IMG/VR virus record: IMGVR_UViG_3300037312_000757
Reading direction: 5' to 3' (one strand)
DNA from: a virus
Taxonomy: Duplodnaviria > Heunggongvirae > Uroviricota > Caudoviricetes
Length of the DNA stretch: 64,000 nucleotides
The notes beneath the pieces are model-generated. The model was not told where the DNA came from. It did no database searches and saw nothing but the letters and a program-made list of their open reading frames with translations. Each line of letters opens with the position of its first letter. The first letter of the stretch is position 1. A program made the translations under genes and the position numbers. Positions 19,080-28,351 of the stretch are shown one piece after another.

Positions 19080-19442
19080 CTAAAAGTTGAAACTCTTACC
19101 ACACCCGCATGAACCTTTCGCAGCGGGTAGATCATATGTCAGTTTGTAGTTGAGGCCATCGCGCACGTAGTCAACGGTGCCACCATCAAGATAGACGGCA
19201 GTCAAGCTGTCATTGACGTGCAACCAATAAATTGGTCCATCAGGTTCTGCTTGTGGAACGCTCATTTCTACAGCGATCAAGCACCCATTACCATTGGTTG
19301 CGTTCCGCTTGAACACGTAGTCGATTTCGTAGCCGTTACAGCCAGACGATTTTGCTTTCAATTCGATGACGTTCTCGCCTGCTGCTTTCAATAGGCGAAT
19401 AAAGTGTGAACGCGCTGCTGGAGTTACTGTCAAGTGTTTCAT
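19080..19442 (-). CDS. IscA/HesB-family Fe-S cluster assembly protein
   Basis: SGCNGY and CGCGKSF motifs. Confidence 0.9.
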   Translation of the reverse strand: MKHLTVTPAARSHFIRLLKAAGENVIELKAKSSGCNGYEIDYVFKRNATNGNGCLIAVEMSVPQAEPDGPIYWLHVNDSLTAVYLDGGTVDYVRDGLNYKLTYDLPAAKGSCGCGKSFNF

Positions 19443-19515
19443 GCGGGTATTTAGTATGAAAAAGTGAAGCCCGCCATTATGATATGGCGGGCCCCAGTTG
19501 TAAGCAAGTGCCTAC

Positions 19516-19884
19516 TTAGATGAAGCTGTTGTTTTCGGTGTCGTCCTTGCGCACTTTACCGCTGAACTTTGCCAGCGTGAACTGCTTCTCGATGTAGTCA
19601 AGCAAGCCTTCCTGTATGGCGTCATAACCACGCGCACAGTGCGGGCCGTATTCGACGTAACCCTTCTTGTTAGCTTTCTCGCGTTGGCGACCTTCCAGCT
19701 CGTCCTTGCCCCACCATCCGAAGTGACGCTCGAATGTCAGAGTGCCACCGCGCTTGCCCCAAAAGTTATACAGAGAGCCGCGCTGCCCGTTGGCGCCGTT
19801 GTCGAACTCGATGAAGCCCCAGATCTTGTCGTTGTTCGTCGCTGGCCTGTAGCACCAACCGACGAAATGCACTTTGTACCCCAT
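19516..19884 (-). CDS. WGR-like domain protein
   Basis: DKIWG...FWGKRG...KANKKGY pattern. Confidence 0.55.
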   Translation of the reverse strand: MGYKVHFVGWCYRPATNNDKIWGFIEFDNGANGQRGSLYNFWGKRGGTLTFERHFGWWGKDELEGRQREKANKKGYVEYGPHCARGYDAIQEGLLDYIEKQFTLAKFSGKVRKDDTENNSFI

Positions 19885-20402
19885 ATCAAGACCTCCCTTA
19901 AAAAGAAGTGTTGTTTATCAGCAACATCATTCTAAATGTTTTTGAGTTCATTCGCAAGTGAATACTGACGAAAGTAACGTTACAAGATTGCAACATTTTG
20001 GTCGCCAATGCTTGACGTAGCAATACTTATTTTGTACATACGTTAAAAAACTGGTGGTCTACACGCTTACACCAAAGCAAGATGCCACAAGGTTTTATAT
20101 GAATCGATTGTAAAACTGCACACCAGTCTTGTAATTATGCAGATTGCAACTATATTAAAAGTGCGAGCTGTTCTCGCATGATGGTTGCAAGATCTTTACA
20201 CTTTGAACTACTGTATGGCTATACATATTTTCAATAAAATCCTGTACTTACGTGACGTTGAGAGTGTGATTGCTATAACTTTATAGCTAGTTTGTGTTGA
20301 CGCTGATGCCTGTTGTTCATAACATTGCTACACCTAACGAAGAAAACGCAGCAACACGTTAGCAAGCTTAGTCAAATTAAACCAGTTAAAGGAGTGTTTG
20401 AA

Positions 20403-20936
20403 ATGAAATTTGCTCTCACGTTCAACAAGCCGGCAGTGGCTAACTTCATCGACACGGACGTATATGAAGGCATGCGTGTCAAGATCGAAGGCGGTCAAGT
20501 GTTTTTCAAGCCGACCAAGTCGGCGCGCGGTAACGGCGTGTTCGCCATCGTGACACGTACTCGCGGGGGTACGGGAATCGAAATCAGCGGCAAGTTTGCT
20601 GAAGACTTCCTGAAGAAGACGGGCATGGAACGCGGCACTCACATGGTGCTGCACGCAACCAGCTACGGCTGGATGGTCGCAGAGCCGGTCGGCGCCCCTG
20701 GTGAAAAGCCCTCGAAGATCCACCCGTGCGCTCGCTTGTGGCGCTCGATCGAAGAAATGGGCGAAAAGTCCGAGAAGGCGCCGGCGAAAGCTGCACGCGC
20801 TCCGCGGGCGAAGAAGGCTGCTCCCGCAAAGGCTGCGCGAACCCCGCGCAAGGCGAAGGCCGAAACGGAAGCTGCACCGAAGCGTACTCGCAAGGCGAAG
20901 GCTGCATCAACTGAAGCTGCTGCGAACGCGGCATAA
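20403..20936 (+). CDS. Protein with histone H1-like Lys/Ala/Pro-rich tail (putative DNA-binding)
   Basis: Start moved to ATG 20403 after AAGGAG; C-terminal KAPAKAARAPRAKKAAPAK repeats. Confidence 0.65.
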   Translation: MKFALTFNKPAVANFIDTDVYEGMRVKIEGGQVFFKPTKSARGNGVFAIVTRTRGGTGIEISGKFAEDFLKKTGMERGTHMVLHATSYGWMVAEPVGAPGEKPSKIHPCARLWRSIEEMGEKSEKAPAKAARAPRAKKAAPAKAARTPRKAKAETEAAPKRTRKAKAASTEAAANAA

Positions 20937-21024
20937 CTTCAACGGTGCGGTAGTGGTCCTTCGATGGGGAGCCTGTGAGCTCCCCACTCTTACGTCTGGT
21001 GAAAATGAATACAAAAGTCAAACG

Positions 21025-21048
21025 AAAGGGGAGCTATAGCTCCCCTTT
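21025..21048. terminator. Bidirectional intrinsic terminator
   Basis: AAAGGGGAGC-TATA-GCTCCCCTTT between convergent genes. Confidence 0.75.
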
Positions 21049-21069
21049 ATACTGCGTTAAACGAACGCA

Positions 21070-21723
21070 CTAGCCTTTCTTGTAGAACACGTGGTCGCCA
21101 ATAACGGTCACTTTGTCGAGCTCTTTGCGCCATTTAGGTGCAACCTCTTGTGTATGGTACCACTTGATGTCGTTGTTTGCTTGGCCACCGGCCATCACAA
21201 TGAGGTTTACATCTGTTGACTTTGCTTTGCCATACTCAGTCATGACAAGATGTGCAACTTCCAACGCACGACGCCATGAGTCAAGCTCTTTTACTGGTTT
21301 TTTCCCCAATGGGAAATTGGTCCAACTGAACTGTTTGTGCCGCCAGACCGTTTTGCAGACGCTGTCGCCCGTTGCTTTGGCACGGTTCATCGTAGTCTTA
21401 GCAACCAAAATTTGCCCTGCCAGAGGCTGATCTCGTGATTCCTCGTAGATGTTGCACGTAAGGCAGATGAGATCGTCTTTCCGCACAGTCCCACAATCGA
21501 GATTGTGCGCGGTAACTTGCCGGCCGCCAATGTTGACATCGCGATACTGCACGACTTCAACTGGCTCGATCACCTCAGTGTGTTCGACTGTAGGCTTGAA
21601 CGAAATAAACCCGCAAGCTGCCAGACCTACGAGGATCGGAGTGGGTGCTATCAGCGCTACCCTCGCCGCGGTTCTTGACGTCTTAGACGTCAGTAACGCG
21701 TTGACAAGCTTTGCTTTTATCAT
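21070..21723 (-). CDS. SleB/CwlJ-like cell wall hydrolase (Hydrolase_2)
   Basis: CLTCNIYEESR, VA...MNR, QFSW, YH...PKW, IGDHVFY. Confidence 0.9.
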   Translation of the reverse strand: MIKAKLVNALLTSKTSRTAARVALIAPTPILVGLAACGFISFKPTVEHTEVIEPVEVVQYRDVNIGGRQVTAHNLDCGTVRKDDLICLTCNIYEESRDQPLAGQILVAKTTMNRAKATGDSVCKTVWRHKQFSWTNFPLGKKPVKELDSWRRALEVAHLVMTEYGKAKSTDVNLIVMAGGQANNDIKWYHTQEVAPKWRKELDKVTVIGDHVFYKKG

Positions 21724-21801
21724 TTGCCAACCTATCTCAGTAGTTAAGATAGGCGCATGGTAAATGAACTGGCGTTGCCAGTCAACACCTACATCATACT
21801 A

Positions 21802-22032
21802 TTACGTTCGTTTACCAAATCGTGCCCACAAAATCAGTGTGGCCGCCATCAGGTTTACGATTGGCAAGCATCCAGCAACAATGAACCAGAACAAGCTTGA
21901 CCGGTGATTGTAGCCAAACTTGGTGCAAGGGCCATGCACGGCATCGTCGTAAAACCCGCCAAGCATGATGCAGAATGTAAGCACCATGCTCAGCACTACA
22001 TACCAATGAAATATATGACCAGCTAGGCTCAT
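21802..22032 (-). CDS. Small membrane protein, apparent paralog of 1457..1756
   Basis: HWYVV near the N-terminus and CLPIVN near the C-terminus. Confidence 0.55.
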   Translation of the reverse strand: MSLAGHIFHWYVVLSMVLTFCIMLGGFYDDAVHGPCTKFGYNHRSSLFWFIVAGCLPIVNLMAATLILWARFGKRT

Positions 22033-23354
22033 GCTGTTGCGGTGAGAGTTGCAAGCTTGGCATTGATCGTATCGTAATACTTTTGATCACCGCCAGGACC
22101 AGTAATTGTCAGCGTTGGCTTGCGCGCGAGAATACGCTTGAATGCTGCGCGTACATCATCTGCTGTCACTGCTTCGATCTTTGCTAGTGTCTCGTGCGTT
22201 TCTGGGTGATAGCCATAGATGAACAGATTCTCGATCATGCTTTGCATCAAGCCGAAGCCACGCTCACCAGATCTGATCAACGAGACACGAAGTTGGTTCT
22301 TGGCACGTTGCAGTTCACGCGCATCAACAGCATCAATCAACTTCATCATTTCGTCGATCGAAACGCTCAGCACTTCTTCGAAGTTTTCAGGTGTTGTGCC
22401 AGCTGACACGTAAAACGAGCCGGTGTCTTCTTGCAAGTAGGTGAATGCGCCGATCGAATACACGAGGCCACGCTTATTGCGCACTTCGTTGAACAGCGGT
22501 GATGACATACCGTCGCCTAGCACTGTCGCTGCCACTGCTTCGGCATAATGCAGCGGATCGAGTGAGTCTGAGCAAGGGAACGACAGCATCAGCGAGCTTT
22601 GTTCGAATGGCAGGTCGTCATGGGCATAGCCACCAACGTATTGGGCACGGTTGAACGTGTTGACTGTGCCTTCTTCGATGTTACCGAAATATTTTTCGAT
22701 CATCTGTGCTGCTTCATCGTGATCGACATTGCCGACCATGCCGACAATCATGTTTGATGCCGTGTAATACTTCTTCATGTACCCCATCAGATCATCGCGC
22801 GTGAACGCTTTGACGTTGTCTTCCGTGCCGATGATTGGTCGGCCAAGTTCTTGATTGGGATACAAGATCGAATCGTGCAGGTGGTGTGCCATGCGATTGC
22901 GCGAGTCACGACCTTGTGCAATTTCTTGCAGGATCACACCACGTTCACGCTCGATTTCTTCTTCCGGGAAAATGCTGTTCTGCAGGACGTCGCTGATCAG
23001 ATCAACGAATGTTTCCGCGTTTTCTGCGAGACCTGAAATGTAATAGGCAGTACGGTCCTTGCCAGTGTAAGCATTCATGTCGGCACCGAGGAACTCGATC
23101 TCACTGTCGATTTGTTCGCCAGTGCGGGTTGGCGTTCCCTTGAATGCCATGTGTTCAAGGTAATGCGAGATGCCGTTCAGCTCAGGTGTTTCGTTGCGTG
23201 AACCAACATTTACGAATGCTGCTACCGTAACGCTTGCAACGTGTGGCAAATTGATGCTTACAACTCGCAAACCGTTCTTGAGACGGGTGATGCGTGAATC
23301 CAAACTGCTTCTCCTAAAACTTCTGTTTGGTACTACCTTGAGCGCGTTGGTCAT
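22029..23354 (-). CDS. M16 (pitrilysin/PqqL-like) zinc peptidase
   Basis: GSRNE, GISHYLEHMAFKGT (HxxEH), NAYT, R..RGLVY. Confidence 0.93.
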   Translation of the reverse strand: MTNALKVVPNRSFRRSSLDSRITRLKNGLRVVSINLPHVASVTVAAFVNVGSRNETPELNGISHYLEHMAFKGTPTRTGEQIDSEIEFLGADMNAYTGKDRTAYYISGLAENAETFVDLISDVLQNSIFPEEEIERERGVILQEIAQGRDSRNRMAHHLHDSILYPNQELGRPIIGTEDNVKAFTRDDLMGYMKKYYTASNMIVGMVGNVDHDEAAQMIEKYFGNIEEGTVNTFNRAQYVGGYAHDDLPFEQSSLMLSFPCSDSLDPLHYAEAVAATVLGDGMSSPLFNEVRNKRGLVYSIGAFTYLQEDTGSFYVSAGTTPENFEEVLSVSIDEMMKLIDAVDARELQRAKNQLRVSLIRSGERGFGLMQSMIENLFIYGYHPETHETLAKIEAVTADDVRAAFKRILARKPTLTITGPGGDQKYYDTINAKLATLTATA

Positions 23355-23915
23355 TTACACCCCCGCCTTAACAGGCACAGGGTAAAGATCAGCGCTCAAC
23401 AGCGTGAACATGGCTGCATTGTTTTCCAGATCGTGCATGTCACCCTGCGGGTCAAATTCACCCAAGAGTGCATACTGATTCATGTAGCGCGAAAGATCGC
23501 CATTCGCCCACATCGTGGCCGAAATTTGCTGTTGTACTAGTCGAAACTGCACGGACCACGTATCAGTCTGCAACTTGAACACTTCAAAGTTTGCGCGAGA
23601 TGCGAACCCTGGATGACCAGGTTGCACAAGCTCTAGCATGTATTCGGTGCCTGCAATCTCCATGAACCAACCGCACGTTAACACCTTCCTGATGCCAAGT
23701 GCATAGTCATCAACCTCAAACAGCTTGCCGTCATATTTTGTGACAGTGCAGCCCATATTCACGCTTGCCGTGTTGTAACGAACTACTTCAGCGATGCGCA
23801 AGGTTTGCACCAAACCCTTTAGGTACGGTGTGAGCATGCCATAGCCAGGGAGAGCATAACGTACGGCAAGAGTCTTCCTTGCGCGTTCATAAAACGTCAT
23901 ATTCGAAATTGTCAT
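23355..23915 (-). CDS. Hypothetical protein
   Basis: GGGAGG RBS; 186 aa. Confidence 0.6.
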   Translation of the reverse strand: MTISNMTFYERARKTLAVRYALPGYGMLTPYLKGLVQTLRIAEVVRYNTASVNMGCTVTKYDGKLFEVDDYALGIRKVLTCGWFMEIAGTEYMLELVQPGHPGFASRANFEVFKLQTDTWSVQFRLVQQQISATMWANGDLSRYMNQYALLGEFDPQGDMHDLENNAAMFTLLSADLYPVPVKAGV

Positions 23916-24031
23916 GCTTGCCTCCCATCAAAGTCATTACAAATTAATTATAACACCATTGTGCCAATTGCATTAGAACTGGCATGCCATATTACAACAG
24001 TATTACCACCTTTTCTAATTATGCAAAAGCA

Positions 24032-24056
24032 AACGGCCTCCGCATTGGAGGCCGTT
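24032..24056 (-). terminator. Intrinsic terminator
   Basis: AACGGCCTCC-GCATT-GGAGGCCGTT. Confidence 0.7.
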
Positions 24057-24072
24057 CACTCAGTCGTCTTGC

Positions 24073-25269
24073 TTATACAACCTTGCAGCGCGTCAGCACC
24101 GTGGACTTGGTGCCCTTGTATTCATCGTGCGACTTGACCGAACCCTTCAGCTTCAAGCTTGCGCCAGTGTTGAGACCCAGTGCCTTGCCCGTCATCCACG
24201 TGAACACGTTACCAGCGTCATCCTTAAAGCGGTAGATGAAGTACACGCCTGCATCGTTGTCACGTTCCCACTGGCCAACCAGCGTCACATTCACTTCCAG
24301 CTTGTCACCGACTGCACCGACGTGATTGCTGACTTGCTTTGCTTCACGCTTCGGAAACAAGTCCATCGCACGCATGTAAGCGCCAACAATGCTGCTTGCG
24401 TAGCCGATCGAACGCAGTTCGATCATACCGCTTGCTGCCAGTACCTTGATGTTGTGCTGATAGTCGTTCAGCGGGATGCCGTTTTCACCCAGGTTTGCTG
24501 CCCATTCGATCGCTTCTGCTGCGCGAGCAAAGTTAGTATCGCTAGGTACCGGTGCTTCATCTCGATACTTGGGGTTGGGGAACATCGTATTCAACGCGTA
24601 TGAGCTAGTCGGCGTCACCATCTCTTTCGGATCGATGATCGATGCGTTGATCTCTTTCGCACGGCTTTGCGACATGTAACCGTACTTGTCGATGTGCATT
24701 GCAACATGCGCCAAGTATTCTTCCAGGTCGATCCAGCGACGGTCAACACCAACTTCCATCGCACCACGCGCATATTCATTTGCGTAGCCAAGCAACTCGG
24801 CCATCTTGGCGATCTTTTCAGGATGTTGGTGGCCCAGGAAGTCTTTCAGGCAAGTGCTGCCGATCTGCTTGATCTCGCCCGTTTCTTCGTGCTGCACTAA
24901 GTACGTATCGCGCCGATAGCGCTTGATGCGGCAGTGATCGCAAACACTGCCGCGATCACGGTACATTTCAGGGACGATGAAACCGGGCACTGGGCGAACA
25001 ATGTTGCCGACTTCGTTCGCGTGATCGAGACGTGCAACAAACGACCAGCCGTTGAGCTTGGGAGCGTCGAAGCCGCTCAGCAAAACTTCAACGTACTCCT
25101 GCATATACCCGTCACCAAGCTTCTCAGTGATAGTGTTGAAGGGCACGAAGTAGATTTTCTCGCCCGTCAGCTTCTGGGCTTTCTTGCTGAGCTTCTCGAG
25201 GTTCTTGGTGAACTTGGCGAGATTCTGCTTGGGGATCTTGTAGATGCCGCGCTCGTGATTCTCGTTCAT
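24073..25269 (-). CDS. Early phage protein with Zn finger and C-terminal OB-fold-like domain
   Basis: Start moved to 25269 (AGGAGG RBS); CDHC..R.R...GSTCL; C-terminal LKGSVKSHDEYKGTKSTVLTR. Confidence 0.7.
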   Translation of the reverse strand: MNENHERGIYKIPKQNLAKFTKNLEKLSKKAQKLTGEKIYFVPFNTITEKLGDGYMQEYVEVLLSGFDAPKLNGWSFVARLDHANEVGNIVRPVPGFIVPEMYRDRGSVCDHCRIKRYRRDTYLVQHEETGEIKQIGSTCLKDFLGHQHPEKIAKMAELLGYANEYARGAMEVGVDRRWIDLEEYLAHVAMHIDKYGYMSQSRAKEINASIIDPKEMVTPTSSYALNTMFPNPKYRDEAPVPSDTNFARAAEAIEWAANLGENGIPLNDYQHNIKVLAASGMIELRSIGYASSIVGAYMRAMDLFPKREAKQVSNHVGAVGDKLEVNVTLVGQWERDNDAGVYFIYRFKDDAGNVFTWMTGKALGLNTGASLKLKGSVKSHDEYKGTKSTVLTRCKVV

Positions 25270-25280
25270 CGCTTCCTCCT

Positions 25281-25327
25281 GTTGTCTACCATAGTCATAT
25301 GGTATGTTCAAATGAACAGGCAGTCAA
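25281..25327 (-). promoter_or_regulatory. Early promoter with palindromic spacer and conserved 5' leader
   Basis: TTGACT-N17-TACCAT, GTTCATTTGAAC in the spacer, then ATGGTAGACAAC. Confidence 0.75.
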
Positions 25328-25337
25328 CAGATGAATT

Positions 25338-25955
25338 TCACCTACGCTTAACTTTCTTCACCACATATTTGTTGAGGCGATTCTTCATGCGATTCTTTGC
25401 ATTGTTCAGTTCACGACCCTTGTCTTTTTGCGCCGCACGATACGATTCAATCGCCGCCAGGTAATCCTTTTCAAAGTCCGTGAATTTCGTTTTAAACTCT
25501 GGGGGCAACGAACGCAAGGAGGGCAGCAACTCAGACTTGAATTTGTCAAACTTCCGCTTAGATGAATTGACGTGGCTGTTTGCACCGTCGCTCACCGCTG
25601 TGCTTGCATTGCGTTCCAGCTCACGGATCGTCTCAGCTTCGGCCATGATGTCATCCCAATCGGGATTCTCGAGAATCATCATGAGCTTCAGTTCATCTTT
25701 GTTCTGTTTGATAAAGGTGTCCTGAATCATCATAAACGCAAGCGCTTCACCATCGTCTTCGATATAGATGGTGAACGGATGCCACAATGTTTCCATCATC
25801 GCGACATTACAAAATGCGTCAAGCCGGTTTTTATCAACTTCCCGTTGCCACTTTGCATCCGGACACAAGCTCTTGAGCGCATCTAGATCGAACGAGCTTG
25901 ACGATGGAGTCGACCATCTCGAATACTGGTAATTGTAGATGAAAAGATGAGACAT
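25338..25955 (-). CDS. Long paralog-family member with C-terminal coiled coil
   Basis: IYIEDDGEALAF; similar to 25955..26560 and 27611..28297. Confidence 0.65.
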   Translation of the reverse strand: MSHLFIYNYQYSRWSTPSSSSFDLDALKSLCPDAKWQREVDKNRLDAFCNVAMMETLWHPFTIYIEDDGEALAFMMIQDTFIKQNKDELKLMMILENPDWDDIMAEAETIRELERNASTAVSDGANSHVNSSKRKFDKFKSELLPSLRSLPPEFKTKFTDFEKDYLAAIESYRAAQKDKGRELNNAKNRMKNRLNKYVVKKVKRR

Positions 25956-26560
25956 TATTTCTTGTTATATTTGTCGAGATACTTCAGCAACTCTTTGCGC
26001 TCTTTGTTGAGCTTAGCCAAAGATGGCTTCAAATTGTCATGGTGTGCTTTCAATCTTGCTTGAAGCACACCATTGAATTCTTTCCACAGCACATCAAGAT
26101 CATCACCCAAACCGCCGTTCAATCGGTTCATGGCTTGCGTAAAGTCGTATTCTTTGTTGCGAAGCTTAGACACTGCCATAGTTGCTTCGGTACGGCTAGT
26201 GTCGTGATCAATCAGCCACTTTAGTTCGGTACCTTCCTTGAGCGGTGTGACCAAGTCCATATCTTGAATTAGCCATGCCAACGAGGCGGATTCATCACGA
26301 ATGAATTTGTCAGAACACAAACGAAAAGCCAACGCTTCCATGTCATCATCAATTTCTATGATGAAAGAGCCTTCCAGGATTTCATCATTACATGCGCGGC
26401 CGATTGCATGAAGAGTATGCCGGGGATATTTGGTTGTGGCATGATACCAATTATATTGGCTGAAGATACGGAAACTACTCGCATACTCACCAATCAGATT
26501 GATATCATACGCTTTGTTGACGTCGTATTCTTTACCGCGCTTGTAAACGAAGGTGTACAT
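25955..26560 (-). CDS. Long paralog-family member with C-terminal coiled coil
   Basis: IEIDDDMEALAFRL. Confidence 0.65.
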   Translation of the reverse strand: MYTFVYKRGKEYDVNKAYDINLIGEYASSFRIFSQYNWYHATTKYPRHTLHAIGRACNDEILEGSFIIEIDDDMEALAFRLCSDKFIRDESASLAWLIQDMDLVTPLKEGTELKWLIDHDTSRTEATMAVSKLRNKEYDFTQAMNRLNGGLGDDLDVLWKEFNGVLQARLKAHHDNLKPSLAKLNKERKELLKYLDKYNKK

Positions 26561-27124
26561 TTATTTGAATATTGTTTTTCTTATTATGGAATTGTACTCA
26601 TCCGCCAACGCCATACTCTCACCAACCATTTCCATAAAATAGGTGAGTATGTCTGCTTCATCCAGCTGAAGCGTTGCTTCTGAAGCGCCGCACTCACTTA
26701 CAATTTTCATATTGTGAGTTTTGGCTATTTTCATCATAAACCCGTTTCTCGTCAAGCAGTAGCTCATTAGAATTTTCACTCGACGATTACGGCATACAAC
26801 CATTGCGCGTTCAAACAACTCGGTACCAAGACCTTTGCCACGGTGCCCTTCTTCAACACTTAGACCAATCTCGGCACGTTCTGCGAAGAATGAATGTGCG
26901 TCCCCTAGGAACGCAATCTCGCAAGCGGCAACAACATTATGATACTCGTCAAACGCTGCCAATACAAGACGCTGAATGCCATCTTTAGTATTGACATGGT
27001 TTAAAATCGCATCATCGGTTTGCTGACACCCAAAACGAAGATAGCGATCATCTGCATTTAATCTACACAAATGATCGCTATAATGTTTGAGCTCATGTGC
27101 ATAGAGCCTTCTTATAGTATTCAT
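26561..27124 (-). CDS. GNAT-family N-acetyltransferase
   Basis: DRYLRF, AEIGLSVEEGHRGKGLGTEL (acetyl-CoA binding motif A), N..M..IA. Confidence 0.88.
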   Translation of the reverse strand: MNTIRRLYAHELKHYSDHLCRLNADDRYLRFGCQQTDDAILNHVNTKDGIQRLVLAAFDEYHNVVAACEIAFLGDAHSFFAERAEIGLSVEEGHRGKGLGTELFERAMVVCRNRRVKILMSYCLTRNGFMMKIAKTHNMKIVSECGASEATLQLDEADILTYFMEMVGESMALADEYNSIIRKTIFK

Positions 27125-27129
27125 CGTAA

Positions 27130-27574
27130 TTCTCAGGTAATGCTTACCGCTGAGAGTAGGCGGCTATCTGTTGCTGGCCTTTTGTTGGATTATGCGCCAC
27201 CAACTCCCTATTTGGTGGGGTTCCCAACGTGTCCACTAGCAGCGCTCACTCCGCTAGTATCCAGCGCGACTGCCTTTTTAGACTGCGAGCAATGCAGTAA
27301 TGCTACGGCTACTAACCACTGATCATGTGGTGGAAACAAGGTGACAGCTTGCTTCCGTTAAGTCGCTTTATCGCCATAACACCGAGTAAATGTCTAGCCG
27401 CAATCTATGCAGCGCGTTCCATGGTTTGGCGTGGGCGGCCGAAACCAAGGGGATGAACGCTAGGTCACTGGGACCAAAGACCTTATGGTTTACTCTCGTG
27501 CTCCGCCCCTTATATGACGGAATACACTTGCCATATTAGTTGCGCCTTTGTTTCGGCGCGTCGTCTACATCACA
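27130..27574 (-). ncRNA. Putative large structured non-coding RNA or long leader, family unrecognised
   Basis: ~445 nt with no credible ORF in a gene-dense region; own promoter; at least 6 hairpins plus long-range complementarities. Confidence 0.6.
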
Positions 27575-27580
27575 GACTCT

Positions 27581-27608
27581 ATTCTATACAACTGGCAACC
27601 TACGTCAA
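27581..27608 (-). promoter_or_regulatory. Sigma70-type promoter driving the putative ncRNA
   Basis: TTGACG-N16-TAGAAT. Confidence 0.7.
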
Positions 27609-27610
27609 GC

Positions 27611-28297
27611 TTACTTTTTAGAACGTGAGTTATAGATGGCAAACTTAGACAGCTTCTGGCGAATCGAGACTTTGTTCTTGTTGGCTTCTTTACGCTCAGC
27701 TTTCACTTCATCTTTAATTGAATCATGAGTGGCGGTGAAGTCAACTGCCATTTGCTTCACGGTTTTCTTGAACTCATCTGTCACAAGATCACCATACGAA
27801 TTGAATGCGTTTTCAAAACGATCAAGTTCGCGTTTCAGAGAAGCAAGACGCTTCAACTTTCGCTTCTGTTCAAGTTTCTCTTTTTCCTTGTCTTCTGACT
27901 TGGACAGGATTTCGAAGATGGCTTGCGTTGACATGCGATCGTAATCAATGTCCTTGAACACATAACGCAATTGTGATTCGTAGCTTGACCAGTAGTATGA
28001 ATAACCACGGGTGGTTTGTTGATTTATCTTGAAATTGCCACCAGCATTTACAATAGCCATCAATGCTTCAGCTTCTTTATCGTCGGAGACTTCAAAGATC
28101 ATCGCATCTTTCATTTCATTTTCGATTGACTCGCACAGCTTGGCAAACTTATGTCGCTGACCATCTTCCCAGATGCAATGATATGTGCTAGTTGGTGCAA
28201 GCTTCTTGAACTTTTCAAAGTCAAAACGCTTTTTCAGCTCAGGGTAATTCCAGTTGGAAAGATCGCCGCGTTCCGGCAGGAAAACAAACAAATGCAT
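27611..28297 (-). CDS. Long paralog-family member with C-terminal coiled coil
   Basis: MHLFVF..FDFEKFKKLAP...FEVSDDKEAEAL parallels 25338..25955. Confidence 0.65.
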   Translation of the reverse strand: MHLFVFLPERGDLSNWNYPELKKRFDFEKFKKLAPTSTYHCIWEDGQRHKFAKLCESIENEMKDAMIFEVSDDKEAEALMAIVNAGGNFKINQQTTRGYSYYWSSYESQLRYVFKDIDYDRMSTQAIFEILSKSEDKEKEKLEQKRKLKRLASLKRELDRFENAFNSYGDLVTDEFKKTVKQMAVDFTATHDSIKDEVKAERKEANKNKVSIRQKLSKFAIYNSRSKK

Positions 28298-28351
28298 TTT
28301 CTAATTATTATTTTCAGCATGTTATAGCCCAGGTCTTGGCCTGGGCACCCA

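Noticed and set aside
27130-27574. tmRNA, RNase P RNA or self-splicing intron identity for the ncRNA
   Set aside because: No TTCGA T-arm with a matching acceptor stem, no GAGGAAAGTCC, no group II domain V, and the flanking genes are not two exons of one gene
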